A stretch of 64,000 nucleotides of DNA from an uncultured Actinomycetes bacterium (GTDB lineage Bacteria > Actinomycetota > Thermoleophilia > Solirubrobacterales > Solirubrobacteraceae), in contig CAWCNV010000011.1 of the NCBI GenBank assembly GCA_963797015.1, positions 4,505 to 68,504 on the forward strand, written 5' to 3'. The stretch's first letter is position 1, and the number at the start of each line of letters is the position of its first letter. Shown piece by piece: positions 31,159 to 40,363 of this stretch. The notes under the pieces are model-generated. The model had not been told where the DNA came from, did not search any database, and saw only the letters and a program-made list of their open reading frames with translations. Position numbers and translations under genes: made by a program.

Positions 31159-31680
31159 TCAGTTGGGCACTGCCCCGCCGTAGGGCGCCGGGCCGCCGTA
31201 GCCCTGCTGGTCCGCTCCGGGGGGAGGCGGGGGAGGGCCGCCGTAGCCGGCGCCGTTCGCCGCGCCGGGACGCCCGGGGCCTCCCGGACCGCCGCAGCCG
31301 CGGCGCACGGCCACGACCTTGAAGCTCTTGTCGACCAGCACGGTCAGCTGCGTGCCGTCGGACTTGCGCACGTGCGCTTCGTACGCGGCGCCCTGGTCGG
31401 CATCGGTCTCGAGGCGCTCCACGGTCGCGCCCGGGACCTTGGCCAGCGCCGCCGCCTTGACCTTGTCGGCTGTTGCGCCGGTCAGCGCCTTCTCGTCCGA
31501 CCGCCGCGGCGGGAGGCCCGGGGGCCCGTTCGGTCGCGTGGCCGAGCCGTCGCTGCTGGAGCTGCCGCTACTCGAGCTGCCGCTGCCGCTGGTGGCGGCG
31601 CCGGCGATCGCGGCGCCTCCGGCGGCGACCGCGCCGAGCACGCACAGGCTCACCAGCGTCTTGCGAAGAGCGGGATGCAT
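31159..31680 (-). CDS. secreted PepSY-like domain protein with Ser-rich linker and Gly/Pro-rich C-terminal tail
   Basis: ATG at 31680 (MHPALRKTLVSLCVLGAVAAGG signal). Core AAALAKVPGATVERLETDADQGAAYEAHVRKSDGTQLTVLVD resembles PepSY. The tail is low-complexity. Confidence 0.6.
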   Translation of the reverse strand: MHPALRKTLVSLCVLGAVAAGGAAIAGAATSGSGSSSSGSSSSDGSATRPNGPPGLPPRRSDEKALTGATADKVKAAALAKVPGATVERLETDADQGAAYEAHVRKSDGTQLTVLVDKSFKVVAVRRGCGGPGGPGRPGAANGAGYGGPPPPPPGADQQGYGGPAPYGGAVPN

Positions 31681-31746
31681 GAGCACTCCTTGGTCGAGTT
31701 GAACCAGCATCCACCTCGATTGTGTGACGAGCCTAAGGATTGCTCG

Positions 31747-32991
31747 ATGTCACCCCGCCCCCTCGCTCGCGACCCGGGCGCTCCGGGGCCGGCGTTACGC
31801 GGTCGGGAAGCGCCGCGTCCGGCGCGCCGTCGCCTACGGTTCGCCGCCTTGACCGTCGCGCAGCGCCGCCTCGCTTTGCTCATCGCCACCGCGAGCCTTG
31901 CCGCCGTCGCCGGCGCGATGGTGGGCGCCGGCGACGGTGGCGGCAAGCCGGCGCGCCCGGAGCCCGGCCGCGACCGCCCACGAGTGCGGTCGGCGCGCGC
32001 GGCCGTCGACCGGCTGTCGCTCAGCGAGCAGGTCGGCCAGACGATCGTGTTCAGCTTCGAGGGACCCGTCGCGCCGGCGTACGTGCGCCGCATCCTGCGC
32101 GAGGGGCGCGGGAGCGGGGTGATCCTGTTCGGCGACAACGTCGGCGGCCGCGGCCCGCTGCGGCGGCTGACCACTGCGCTGCAGCGGGCGGCGAGAGGCA
32201 GCGCCCTGATCGCCACCGACCAGGAGGGAGGGCCCGTCCGGATCATCCCCTTCGCCGGTCCCGAGGCCGCGGAGCGCGACCAGGCCGATCCCGCGGCGGC
32301 GCGCGCTGCTGCCGCCGGCGCCTCGCGCGACCTCGCCCGCCTCGGCGTCAACGTGAACCTGGCGCCGGTGGTGGACGTCGCCGCCGCCGGCAGTTCGCTG
32401 GCCGGGCGCAGCTTTCCCGGCGCCCCGGCCGCGGTCGCTGCGCTGGCCGCCGCCGCGGTGCGCGGCTACGGCTCGCGCGGACCGGTGGCAGCCACGGCCA
32501 AGCACTTCCCGGGCCTGGGCGCCGCGGACGAGAACACCGATCGCGGCCCGGTCACGGTCACGCGCAGCCGCGCCGCGCTCCAGGCGCAGGACCTGCCGCC
32601 GTTCCGCGCCGCGATCGACGCCGGCGTGCCGCTGGTCATGGCCTCGCACGCGCTCTACCCGGCGCTCGACGGCCGCCGGATCGCCTCGCAGTCGCGGCGC
32701 GTGCTCGGGGATCTGCTGCGCCGGCAGCTCGGCTTCACCGGGGCGATCGTCACCGACAGCATCGAAGCCCAGGCGGTCCTGCAGCGCTCCGGCGTCGCGA
32801 CCGCTGCCGTGCGCAGCATCCGCGCGGGCGCCGACATCGTGCTCAGCACCGGGTCGGGCTCCTACCGCGACGTCTACGACGCACTGCTCGCCGCCGCCAT
32901 CCGATCGCCCGCATTCCGCGCCCGGGTGCGCGACGCGGCCGCCCGCGTGCTCGCGCTCAAGCGACGCATGGGGCTGCCCGCCCCGCGCTGA
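31747..32991 (+). CDS. glycoside hydrolase family 3 N-terminal domain protein (beta-N-acetylhexosaminidase-like)
   Basis: 414 aa with an N-terminal TM/signal. Contains ATDQEGGPV, KHFPGLG, VMASHALYP, GFTGAIVTDS. Confidence 0.82.
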   Translation: MSPRPLARDPGAPGPALRGREAPRPARRRLRFAALTVAQRRLALLIATASLAAVAGAMVGAGDGGGKPARPEPGRDRPRVRSARAAVDRLSLSEQVGQTIVFSFEGPVAPAYVRRILREGRGSGVILFGDNVGGRGPLRRLTTALQRAARGSALIATDQEGGPVRIIPFAGPEAAERDQADPAAARAAAAGASRDLARLGVNVNLAPVVDVAAAGSSLAGRSFPGAPAAVAALAAAAVRGYGSRGPVAATAKHFPGLGAADENTDRGPVTVTRSRAALQAQDLPPFRAAIDAGVPLVMASHALYPALDGRRIASQSRRVLGDLLRRQLGFTGAIVTDSIEAQAVLQRSGVATAAVRSIRAGADIVLSTGSGSYRDVYDALLAAAIRSPAFRARVRDAAARVLALKRRMGLPAPR

Positions 32992-33040
32992 TCGGCGGAA
33001 CAACCGGCCGCCGCGGCTGCGCGCCCCTTAGCATGGCCGG

Positions 33041-34417
33041 GTGATCTTCCGTCAGATCACGCACGACGACCTCGGGTGCGCCTCGTACCTGATCGGCGAC
33101 GAGCACGCGGGCGTGGCGGCGGTCGTGGATCCGCGCTTCGAGATCGGCGTCTACCTCGAGCTCGCGCGCTACATGGGGGTCGACATCGAGCACGTGCTCG
33201 AGACCCACAACCACGCCGATCACGTGTCGGGCCACGGCCGGCTCGCGTCGGCGACCGGCGCGACGATCCACGTCAACCGCCTCGCCGCGGTCGAGTATCC
33301 ACACGAGCCCTTCGATGACGGCTGGACGCTCGAGCTCGGCGCCGTGCGCGTGCGCGCCCTGCACACGCCGGGCCACCGCCCCGAGCACACGGCGTTCCTG
33401 GTCATCGACACCGAGCGCGGCGAGGAGCCGTGGGCGGTGCTGACCGGCGACTCGCTGTTCGTGGGAGACGTGGCGCGGCCCGACCTCGCGATCGAGAAGG
33501 CCGAGGGCGCGCGCGACATCTTCCGCAGCCTGCACGAGCGCCTGCTCTCGCTGCGGCCCGAGACCGAGGTGTGGCCCGGGCACCTCGGCGGCTCGATGTG
33601 CGGCGGCCCGGGCATGGACATGAAGGTCTCCTCGACGATCGGCTTCGAGCGCCGCCACAACGCGCTGCTCGACGAGGACGACGAGGCCGCCTTCGTCGAG
33701 CGCTCGCTGGCGCGGCTCGGCCCGCAGCCGCCGAACTTCAAGGCGATCGTCGAGCTCAATCGCGGGCCGCTCGTGACCGACGGGGTGTCCGCCCTGCCGC
33801 TCACGCCGCGGCAGGTGGAGCTGCGCCGCGGCCAGGGCGCGGTGCTGGTCGACGTGCGCACCGACGAGCAGTTCGACGACGCCCACATCCCCGGCGCCGT
33901 GTGCCTCTCCGCGCTGATGGCGGGCTTCGGGACCAAGCTCGCGTGGGTGATCGACAGAGACGACGAGATCGTGCTGGTCGGCCGCCACGAGGAGGACGCG
34001 CGGCGCGCGGCCGGCCTCGCCGCCGCGGTCGGCGTGCGCCGGCTGGCCGGCTTCCTGCACGGCGGGATGACCACCTGGCGCCAGGAGCACCGGTCCGTCG
34101 AGCGCCTCGAGCGCATCGACGTCGACGGGCTGTGGGAGCGCTCGCGGTCACAGCCCGAGCTGCAACTGCTCGACGTACGCGAGCGCGCCGAGTACGACGA
34201 CGGCCACATCCCGGGCTCGCTGCACCGCGCCTACCACGACCTCCACCGGCTCCCCGAGGAGCTCGACCCCGCGCGACCCGTCGCCGCGCTGTGCTCCTCG
34301 GGTCAGCGCGCGGCGGTGGCGGCGAGCCTGCTCCGCCGCCTGGGCGTCCGCGACGTGCTCCACGTGACGGGCGGAGGGATCCCCGCCTGGCGGCGCGCCG
34401 GGCGCCCGCTCGAGTAG
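33041..34417 (+). CDS. MBL-fold hydrolase (persulfide-dioxygenase-like) fused to two rhodanese domains
   Basis: GTG start. Metal motif ETHNHADHVSGH (HxHxDH). Two rhodanese-like segments, the last with the active-site loop ALCSSGQRA (CxxxxR). Confidence 0.8.
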   Translation: MIFRQITHDDLGCASYLIGDEHAGVAAVVDPRFEIGVYLELARYMGVDIEHVLETHNHADHVSGHGRLASATGATIHVNRLAAVEYPHEPFDDGWTLELGAVRVRALHTPGHRPEHTAFLVIDTERGEEPWAVLTGDSLFVGDVARPDLAIEKAEGARDIFRSLHERLLSLRPETEVWPGHLGGSMCGGPGMDMKVSSTIGFERRHNALLDEDDEAAFVERSLARLGPQPPNFKAIVELNRGPLVTDGVSALPLTPRQVELRRGQGAVLVDVRTDEQFDDAHIPGAVCLSALMAGFGTKLAWVIDRDDEIVLVGRHEEDARRAAGLAAAVGVRRLAGFLHGGMTTWRQEHRSVERLERIDVDGLWERSRSQPELQLLDVRERAEYDDGHIPGSLHRAYHDLHRLPEELDPARPVAALCSSGQRAAVAASLLRRLGVRDVLHVTGGGIPAWRRAGRPLE

Positions 34418-34478
34418 CACCGGGTCCGCCGCTCGGCGGCCGTCCGGCCCGCGCGCGGGCGCCTACCCTCTGCCCGAG

Positions 34479-34565
34479 ATGTCCCCCACCTGGAACTGGG
34501 TGCTCGCGGCGATCTTCGTCTTCACCCTCGCGGGCATGGTGATCGCGATAGTCAAGCTCGCCTGA
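34479..34565 (+). CDS. candidate 28-aa single-pass membrane peptide (not in the ORF track)
   Basis: The ATG-to-TGA frame gives MSPTWNWVLAAIFVFTLAGMVIAIVKLA. 26 of 27 sense codons after the ATG end in G/C, and second positions are T-rich (hydrophobic). No obvious SD. 14-nt convergent overlap with the next gene. Confidence 0.4.
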   Translation: MSPTWNWVLAAIFVFTLAGMVIAIVKLA

Positions 34566-35364
34566 GGCCCAGGCGCGAAAGCATGCCGCGCCTCGGCGGT
34601 GGCGCCGGCGGCTCGGGGCGGGGCGGCAGCGGAGCGCCGGCGAGGATCGCCGCCGGCGCGTCCTGGAGGTACCACTGCGCCTGGTCGGCCAGACCGGGCA
34701 GGTCGCGGTCGGCTTCCTGAACGGCCCGCAGCAGGCCGGGGGGCCGGCCCTCGGTGTCGTGGGCGTCGGAATCGATGCTGTGCACCAGCCCGTAGCCCAC
34801 CATCTCGAACGCCAGCTTCCGCGCCGTGCCTCCGAAGCGACCGATCAGCGAAGACGCGGTGATCGAGCACAGCACACCCGACTCCACCAGGCGCGCGAGC
34901 GTCTCGAGGTCGTTGGCGAAGGCCGGGCTGCGCTCGGGGTGCGCGAGCAGGATCTGCTCGCCGTGGGCGAGCGCCTCGAAGATCATCATCCCGAAGGCCG
35001 CCCCGACCTCGAAGTGGGGGCACTCGACGAGCAGGTAGGGCCCGCCACCGAGGCGGACGGCGTCACGTGCCGCCGCGTCGAGCTCCTCGAGCCGCGAGGC
35101 CGCGACCTCGCCGCCCGTGACGAGCTGCAGCTCGATCCCGGCCGCGGCGATGCGCTCGTTCTGGTCGTGGACGAGCCGGGGGACCGTCGCCGGGTCGATC
35201 GACCAGCTGAAATCGATGTGCGGCGTGGCCGCCATCACGCGCGTGCCGGTGGCTGACGCCGCGGCGGCCAGGGCGAGCGCCTTGTCGACGTCGGCCGGCC
35301 CGTCGTCGATTCCCGGAAGGGGATGAGCGTGAAGGTCGATCACCGCGGGAACCCTAGTAACCAC
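34552..35364 (-). CDS. CpsB/YwqE-type PHP-domain protein-tyrosine phosphatase
   Basis: Contains VIDLHAHPLPGIDDG, LLAHPERS, HSIDSDAHD. The start is GTG 35364 or GTG 35343. Pro-rich C-terminal tail. Confidence 0.8.
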   Translation of the reverse strand: MVTRVPAVIDLHAHPLPGIDDGPADVDKALALAAAASATGTRVMAATPHIDFSWSIDPATVPRLVHDQNERIAAAGIELQLVTGGEVAASRLEELDAAARDAVRLGGGPYLLVECPHFEVGAAFGMMIFEALAHGEQILLAHPERSPAFANDLETLARLVESGVLCSITASSLIGRFGGTARKLAFEMVGYGLVHSIDSDAHDTEGRPPGLLRAVQEADRDLPGLADQAQWYLQDAPAAILAGAPLPPRPEPPAPPPRRGMLSRLGLRRA

Positions 35365-35435
35365 GCGCTGCGGCGCCCTGTTTTGCCGCGGTTATGATGC
35401 GCCCGGCTTCCAGGGGATCCGAGAGGAGACGACAG

Positions 35436-35879
35436 ATGTTCGGTTCGATCGTGGTGGGGACCGACGGCTCTGACACAGCGCGGCAGGCGGTGAGCCAGGC
35501 GACCGAGCTCGCCGCGGGCATCGGCGCCCGGATCGATCTCGTGAGCGCCTACGAGCCGGTGTCCGATCAGCGCCTGCGCTCCGAGCGGCGCGAGATCCCC
35601 GAGGACGTCGCGTGGGCGGTCAATCCGCGCGAGGACGTCGACGCGACGCTCAACAAGGCGGCCGAGGAGATCCGGGCCGCGGGCGTTCCCGTCGAGATCT
35701 TCGCTCGTCAGGGCGATCCGGCCGACGCGATCCTCGACGTCGCCGAGGAGCGCAACTCCGACCTGATCATCGTCGGCAACAAGGGCATGACCGGCGCAAA
35801 GCGGTTCCTGCTCGGCTCCGTGCCGAACAAGGTCTCCCACCACGCGCCCTGCTCGGTGATGATCATCCGGACGACCTGA
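35436..35879 (+). CDS. universal stress protein (UspA family)
   Basis: ATG at 35436 after GAGAGGAGA. Contains MFGSIVVGTDGS and LIIVGNKGMTGAKRFLLGSVPNKVSHHAPCSVMII. Confidence 0.88.
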   Translation: MFGSIVVGTDGSDTARQAVSQATELAAGIGARIDLVSAYEPVSDQRLRSERREIPEDVAWAVNPREDVDATLNKAAEEIRAAGVPVEIFARQGDPADAILDVAEERNSDLIIVGNKGMTGAKRFLLGSVPNKVSHHAPCSVMIIRTT

Positions 35880-35992
35880 GCCTGTCCGGAAACGGTCCGG
35901 CACGCCCATCGCCGGCCATCCGCGGCGCGGGCACCGACGGCGAAGCCGTTGGTCCGCCACCCGAGATGCTCGCCATAGCCAGACCCTGAGCG

Positions 35993-37396
35993 TCAGCGGC
36001 GCGCGGCGACCGGCGCCGTGGCCGCACCCGCGTTCACCAGGCCCCAGCCGTAGCGGCGGTCATAGCCGGCCGGGCCGAGGTCGCTAGCCGTCTGCTTGAG
36101 CCGGCGCTCGACGGCCGACGGGCTCGGGTCGGCGCCCACCACGCCCGTGGCGATGACCAGCGCGGCGGCTGCAGAGACGTGCGGCGCGGCGACAGACGTG
36201 CCCTCCTCCTTGCGCAGCCCGAAGCGCCTCACGCTCTCGCCCTTGAAGCCGAGCTGCACGATGTCGCGTCCGCCGGTATCGAACTCCTTGCAGTTGGCCT
36301 CGCCGGGCATGGTCGCGTCGGGCCCGCCGCCGGGCGCGACGAGGTCGAGGCTGGTGCCGCCGTTGGAATAGTCGGCGAGGCAGGCGTCCTCGGTGGTCGC
36401 GCCCACGGACAGCACCTGCGAGGCGCGCGCCGGGTAGGCCACCCTGCGCTCGCCCTCGTTGCCCGAGGCGGCGACGACGATAACTCCCGCGCGCCGCGCG
36501 TCGCGGATCGCGTCGATGATCCCGGGGATCTCCACCGCCCGCACGCGCGTGCTGAACTCGAGGCTGAGGTTGATCACCTTCGCCCCACGCCGCACCGCGT
36601 AGCGGATTCCCTGCTCGATCACCGACGCCTGTCCCTCGCCGTTGGCGTCGAGCACGCGCACCGGCAGGATGCGGGCGCCGTAGGCGAGCCCGGTGACGGC
36701 GATGCCGTTGTTCGTCGCCTCGGCGATGACCCCGGTCACGATCGTGCCGTGGCCGTCCTCGTCGTCGGGGCGGCGGTCGCGGTCCACGAAGTCATAGCCC
36801 GAGGTGAAGCGCGAGCGCGCGAAGTCGGGCGAGCGGCGATAGCCGCCGCGGTTCTCGTAGGCGACGCCGGTATCGAGCACTGCGATCGTCACGCCGCGCC
36901 CCCCGGGGGCGCCGGCAGCTCGCGCGTTGGCCCAAGCGGTCGGGGCATCGACGCCGGCCCCGGCGAGGAAGTTCCACTGGTCCTGCTGCCAGCCGCCGCG
37001 CTTGCCGCTGCGACCGGGATCGTCGGGCACGAAGCCGGCCGCGCGGGCGATCACGTTGGGAGCGGCGTACTCGACGCCGGGCTGCGCACGCAGCTCCTGC
37101 ACGGTGCGGCCGACCGTTTCGCCGTCCTTGACCTTCAGGACCCGCGTCCCGCCGCCGACCGGCTCGGGCCTACCCGTGCCGGTGGCGGCCTGGACGGCCG
37201 TGCGCTGGGTCCGCGACGTGCCCGCGTCGTACTTGACGACTACCTCGCCGGGGACGATGTCCTGCGCTGCCGCGGGGCGCGCGACGACCAGCGAGGCCGC
37301 TACGGCCACGGAAGCCGCCGCGGCGGACAAGGCCGCCGCGGCAAGGAGAGGATGGCTGGGCGCTAGGCGCACACTTGATGAGAACATCGCTCGCAC
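35993..37396 (-). CDS. secreted S8-family (subtilisin-like) serine peptidase
   Basis: Catalytic triad contexts IAVLDTGV (Asp), GHGTIVTGVIA (His), GTSVAAPHVSAAAAL (Ser). N-terminal signal peptide. The start may be the ATG at 37387. Confidence 0.9.
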   Translation of the reverse strand: MRAMFSSSVRLAPSHPLLAAAALSAAAASVAVAASLVVARPAAAQDIVPGEVVVKYDAGTSRTQRTAVQAATGTGRPEPVGGGTRVLKVKDGETVGRTVQELRAQPGVEYAAPNVIARAAGFVPDDPGRSGKRGGWQQDQWNFLAGAGVDAPTAWANARAAGAPGGRGVTIAVLDTGVAYENRGGYRRSPDFARSRFTSGYDFVDRDRRPDDEDGHGTIVTGVIAEATNNGIAVTGLAYGARILPVRVLDANGEGQASVIEQGIRYAVRRGAKVINLSLEFSTRVRAVEIPGIIDAIRDARRAGVIVVAASGNEGERRVAYPARASQVLSVGATTEDACLADYSNGGTSLDLVAPGGGPDATMPGEANCKEFDTGGRDIVQLGFKGESVRRFGLRKEEGTSVAAPHVSAAAALVIATGVVGADPSPSAVERRLKQTASDLGPAGYDRRYGWGLVNAGAATAPVAARR

Positions 37397-37493
37397 ACGG
37401 AAGTTTCCCGGACTGGCCTGTCGCGGTCGTCCGGCTGATTTACGAGATATCGGTCCAATTCGCCCTCATTTCTTCCCGCGCGACGAGTACTTC

Positions 37494-37922
37494 ATGCGTC
37501 TCGCGCTCCGCGAGGCCGAGCGCGCGCTCGAGCACGACGACGTGCCCATCGGGGCGGTTACGGTTCACGAGGGCGAGGTCATCGGAGTGGGGCACAACGA
37601 GCGCGAGCTGCGGGCCGACCCCACCGCCCACGCTGAGATCATCGCCCTGCGCGAGGCAGCGAGCCGCCTGGCCAGCTGGCGCCTCCTGGACACCGTTCTC
37701 TACGTGACCTTAGAGCCCTGCGCGATGTGCGCCGGCGCGATCGTGCTGGCGCGCGTCCCGCGCGTGGTCTACGGCGCGACCGACCCGAAGGCCGGCGCCG
37801 CCGGCTCGGTCCTCGACGTGCTGGCCGAGCCGCGGCTCAACCACAGCCCCGAAGTCGCCGGCGGCCTCCTGGCCGACGACGCCGCGGAGCTGCTGCGCGC
37901 CTTCTTCGACGACCGCCGCTGA
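37494..37922 (+). CDS. tadA: tRNA-specific adenosine deaminase
   Basis: 142 aa. Zinc motifs HAEIIAL and EPCAMCAGA (HAE...PCxxC). Lies immediately upstream of a tRNA gene. Confidence 0.9.
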   Translation: MRLALREAERALEHDDVPIGAVTVHEGEVIGVGHNERELRADPTAHAEIIALREAASRLASWRLLDTVLYVTLEPCAMCAGAIVLARVPRVVYGATDPKAGAAGSVLDVLAEPRLNHSPEVAGGLLADDAAELLRAFFDDRR

Positions 37923-37951
37923 TCGTCTAGCCTGATCGACGCCTCGACCCC

Positions 37952-38040
37952 GGAGGGGTGCCGGAGTGGTTGAACGGGGCGGTCTCGAAAACCGTTAGGG
38001 GCGGTTTCGTCCCTCGAGGGTTCGAATCCCTCCCCCTCCG
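37952..38040 (+). tRNA. tRNA-Ser (anticodon CGA), long variable arm, no encoded CCA
   Basis: Hand-folded. Acceptor GGAGGGG/CCCCTCC. Anticodon stem GCGGT/ACCGT with loop CU-CGA-AA. Long variable arm. T arm GAGGG-TTCGAAT-CCCTC. Discriminator G. Confidence 0.9.
37982..38040 (+). repeat. attL-like copy: 59-nt 3' part of tRNA-Ser (anticodon stem to 3' end)
   Basis: Character-by-character identical to 40781..40839. Confidence 0.9.
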
Positions 38041-38142
38041 TTTACAGAGCCAAATCCGGCTCAGGGAGCGGCATCGCAAGCGATCGGCCCAGGGGCGCGG
38101 TTGCCTCAGTCGGCGTCAGTCAACGTCACTCCAGGGTGCTTC

Positions 38143-38163
38143 CCGTACCCACAGCCGTACCCA
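38143..38163 (+). repeat. two direct CCGTACCCA repeats, 12-bp phasing (att-proximal arm)
   Basis: CCGTACCCA at 38143..38151 and 38155..38163. A matching block lies at 40943..40973. Confidence 0.6.
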
Positions 38164-38565
38164 CCGTGCCCATGGGCGAGGCCGGCGATGGGACCAGACG
38201 CACAGACCTTCGAGCGACCTCCGGGTATAGCCCGCGCAGGTGGAGAAGATCAGGGCCGACACCCGGCGACAGCTTGGCTCGTTGCGCCGCGCTCGAGCGG
38301 CGCACGACCTCGCGCTCGCTCGCCTCGCGTGGGCGGGCCTGTCCCTGGCGCCGTGTCCCGAGACGTGCGGCGCGACGCCGGGGATGGGACACTCCCGGCC
38401 GTGAGGTACTTCAGCTTCGAGGACAAGGGCAGGCAGCCCGCCTACACGGGACCATCTACCGCGAGCCGGCCGCCGGGCATCAACTGGAACGTCGTGAAGT
38501 CGCTGCGACGAGCGGTGCTACCCGGAGTTCACGACCCACCCGGACGGCACGGTCGGGGGTGGGAC

Positions 38566-38982
38566 ATGAGCATTAGCGACTGGAACTACGCCGACGGGCC
38601 GCTTGACGTGTACCCAAACCCCGAGCGGTACGTGTTCCCGGCGCGCGGCTGGGGCGGGCTTGAGCCGGGCGAGGGCTTCGTCGAGGTGCTGCCGGGGGGC
38701 GACGTGTACATCTCGTGGCCGTGCGGCATATGGTTCAGGCGTTCGCCCGAGTTCGTGCGCGAGATGGTGTGCGCGTTGGACGCGCGGCCCGACGAGTGGC
38801 AGATGTTCCCGGCCGACGACAATGCGGGGGCATATGCCTGGTTACGGCTAGAAAAAAGGGGGCGGCGGCTAGTGGTGTCCCCGCGCCGGGAGCGCCTTGA
38901 CCTGGCGGGCTGGGCTAAGTGGAGGCCGCTGAAGGAAGCGCTGCGTCTAGCATGCGCGCGAGGAAGTTCTACGCGGTCGTGA
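38566..38982 (+). CDS. hypothetical protein (island orphan)
   Basis: 138 aa from MSISDWNYADGPLDVYPNPERY. The upstream part of track ORF 38101..38982 is Pro/Arg-rich and unlikely to be coding. No family recognised. Confidence 0.45.
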   Translation: MSISDWNYADGPLDVYPNPERYVFPARGWGGLEPGEGFVEVLPGGDVYISWPCGIWFRRSPEFVREMVCALDARPDEWQMFPADDNAGAYAWLRLEKRGRRLVVSPRRERLDLAGWAKWRPLKEALRLACARGSSTRS

Positions 38983-39128
38983 TTGTCGTGCTGACCTTCT
39001 CCGGCTTCGTCGCGCTGCTGACCACCCCCGTCCGGCACCCGCATCGGGCGACGCCGCCAAAGTCGCCTCAATCAGGGCTCGTCGATTTGGGGCAGCTTCG
39101 GCACGGCAGGACCACGACGACGCCCTAA
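38952..39128 (+). CDS. possible small membrane protein (58 aa)
   Basis: MRARKFYAVVIVVLTFSGFVALLTTPV... has one hydrophobic helix after a basic N-terminus. GC3 is high in the first 34 codons or so. Overlaps the previous ORF by 31 nt. Confidence 0.3.
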   Translation: MRARKFYAVVIVVLTFSGFVALLTTPVRHPHRATPPKSPQSGLVDLGQLRHGRTTTTP

Positions 39129-39212
39129 GCCATCGAGGGCTCGGTGTCCGCGCCGGCACGGTCAGCAGGTCGTCGGCATCGAGGGCTTCGTGCGCTCGCC
39201 GGCGAGCGCAGG

Positions 39213-39764
39213 TCACGATGACGGCAGCGGGAAGATCGCCCCGAAAGCGAAGGTGCCCTCGCTCTCGGGCGGCGCGGCGCGTGACCCGGCGACCCACCAC
39301 GCCGAGACCTGACCCAAGGGCACGCGCACAGCGGGCACGGCCAGCGTCGAGCCATCCGGAAACCACATCGTCACGGGCGCCAGCGTCATGACGCCGCCCG
39401 CACCATCGCCCTGCGCCGCTGAGCGCATCACCGCCCAGACCTCGCGCATGCTGGTCGTCCACTCGTCGAGCATCGCCTTGTCCTCCTCCCGCCACTTCTG
39501 CCCACTCTGCAAGCGGACCTTGGCTTCCTGCCGGGCCATCTCCTCCATCTCATCGAAGTAGTGGGCGCTCGAAGTAGGCGTGCCGGTGATCACCGCTCCG
39601 CCCGTGAGCGCGAGTCGGACCGGCAAGCTGTAGCTCCGCCCGTGCTCGGCGTCGTAGGCCATCGCCAAGAGTGCCGCGTCCACCTGCTGGAGCCTATGCG
39701 ACGGGAGGGGGGTCGGGAGGGGCCCCATGACCCCTCCGAGAGCGTTTGAAATAGACGGAGGCAT
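39213..39764 (-). CDS. hypothetical protein (island orphan)
   Basis: 183-aa ORF with protein-like composition (AMAYDAEHGRSYSLPVRLALTGG...YFDEMEEMARQEAKVRLQSGQKWREEDKAMLDEW). The start may be the internal ATG at 39728. No family recognised. Confidence 0.45.
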   Translation of the reverse strand: MPPSISNALGGVMGPLPTPLPSHRLQQVDAALLAMAYDAEHGRSYSLPVRLALTGGAVITGTPTSSAHYFDEMEEMARQEAKVRLQSGQKWREEDKAMLDEWTTSMREVWAVMRSAAQGDGAGGVMTLAPVTMWFPDGSTLAVPAVRVPLGQVSAWWVAGSRAAPPESEGTFAFGAIFPLPSS

Positions 39765-40230
39765 GGCGGCATGGCGGCCGGACGCGGACGGCTCCCCGGT
39801 TCGATCGAGATTCCGAAGCGGAAACGCTGTCGCTATTCCTACTCCGAGAGCCCCACGGCTTCGAGCGCCCCTCCCGCGACTCGTACATGCGAAACGCGGT
39901 CACCTTGCCGGCCTCGAGGTCGTAGACGCCGAAGAATGTTTGTTCCGCATGTGCTCCGCTGCCCTTGCCGCGACCCCGCTGGCGGACCACGACGACGACC
40001 GAATCTCCAGCGTCGATGAACTCGTCGGTGTCCACGGCGTAGTCGTCCCAGATCGCCAGCCAGTCCGCGAAGAATTGCTCGATGCCGTTGTCGCCCCGAT
40101 ACACCGGACCCATCCCGCGCGAGAGGTCGAGCTCGAAGTCAGCAGTTGCGTCTTTGACCGCGGCATCCAGATCCCCGTGGTTCAACGCGTGGATGGCGGC
40201 CCGCGCGATCTCCACGTTCTCCTGCGACAT
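39694..40230 (-). pseudogene. SnoaL-like/NTF2-fold protein gene with a 3'-terminal frameshift (intact reading would be 39839..40230)
   Basis: MSQENVEIARAAIHALNHGDLDA... is a typical SnoaL-like N-terminus. After ...FRMYESREG the family-typical end ALEAVGLSE* is in the +1 frame. The shift is at the C-run 39868..39871. 392 nt plus 1 makes 131 codons. Confidence 0.6.
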
Positions 40231-40233
40231 CGC

Positions 40234-40353
40234 CTACTCCGACAGCCCCACGGCTTCGAGGGCCTCGGCCTTGCTGCTGTAGTAATCGAGTCGAATCCCC
40301 TTGCCGTTGCGCATGGTCCAGACCGCGCCATCAAGGCGCTCAATCTCCACGCC
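40234..40353 (-). pseudogene. C-terminal fragment of a second, tandem SnoaL-like gene
   Basis: Reads GVEIERLDGAVWTMRNGKGIRLDYYSSKAEALEAVGLSE*. The 3' 31 nt are 29/31 identical to the corresponding end of the neighbouring copy (39839..). No N-terminal part is present. Confidence 0.6.
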
Positions 40354-40363
40354 CAAGTCTCGA

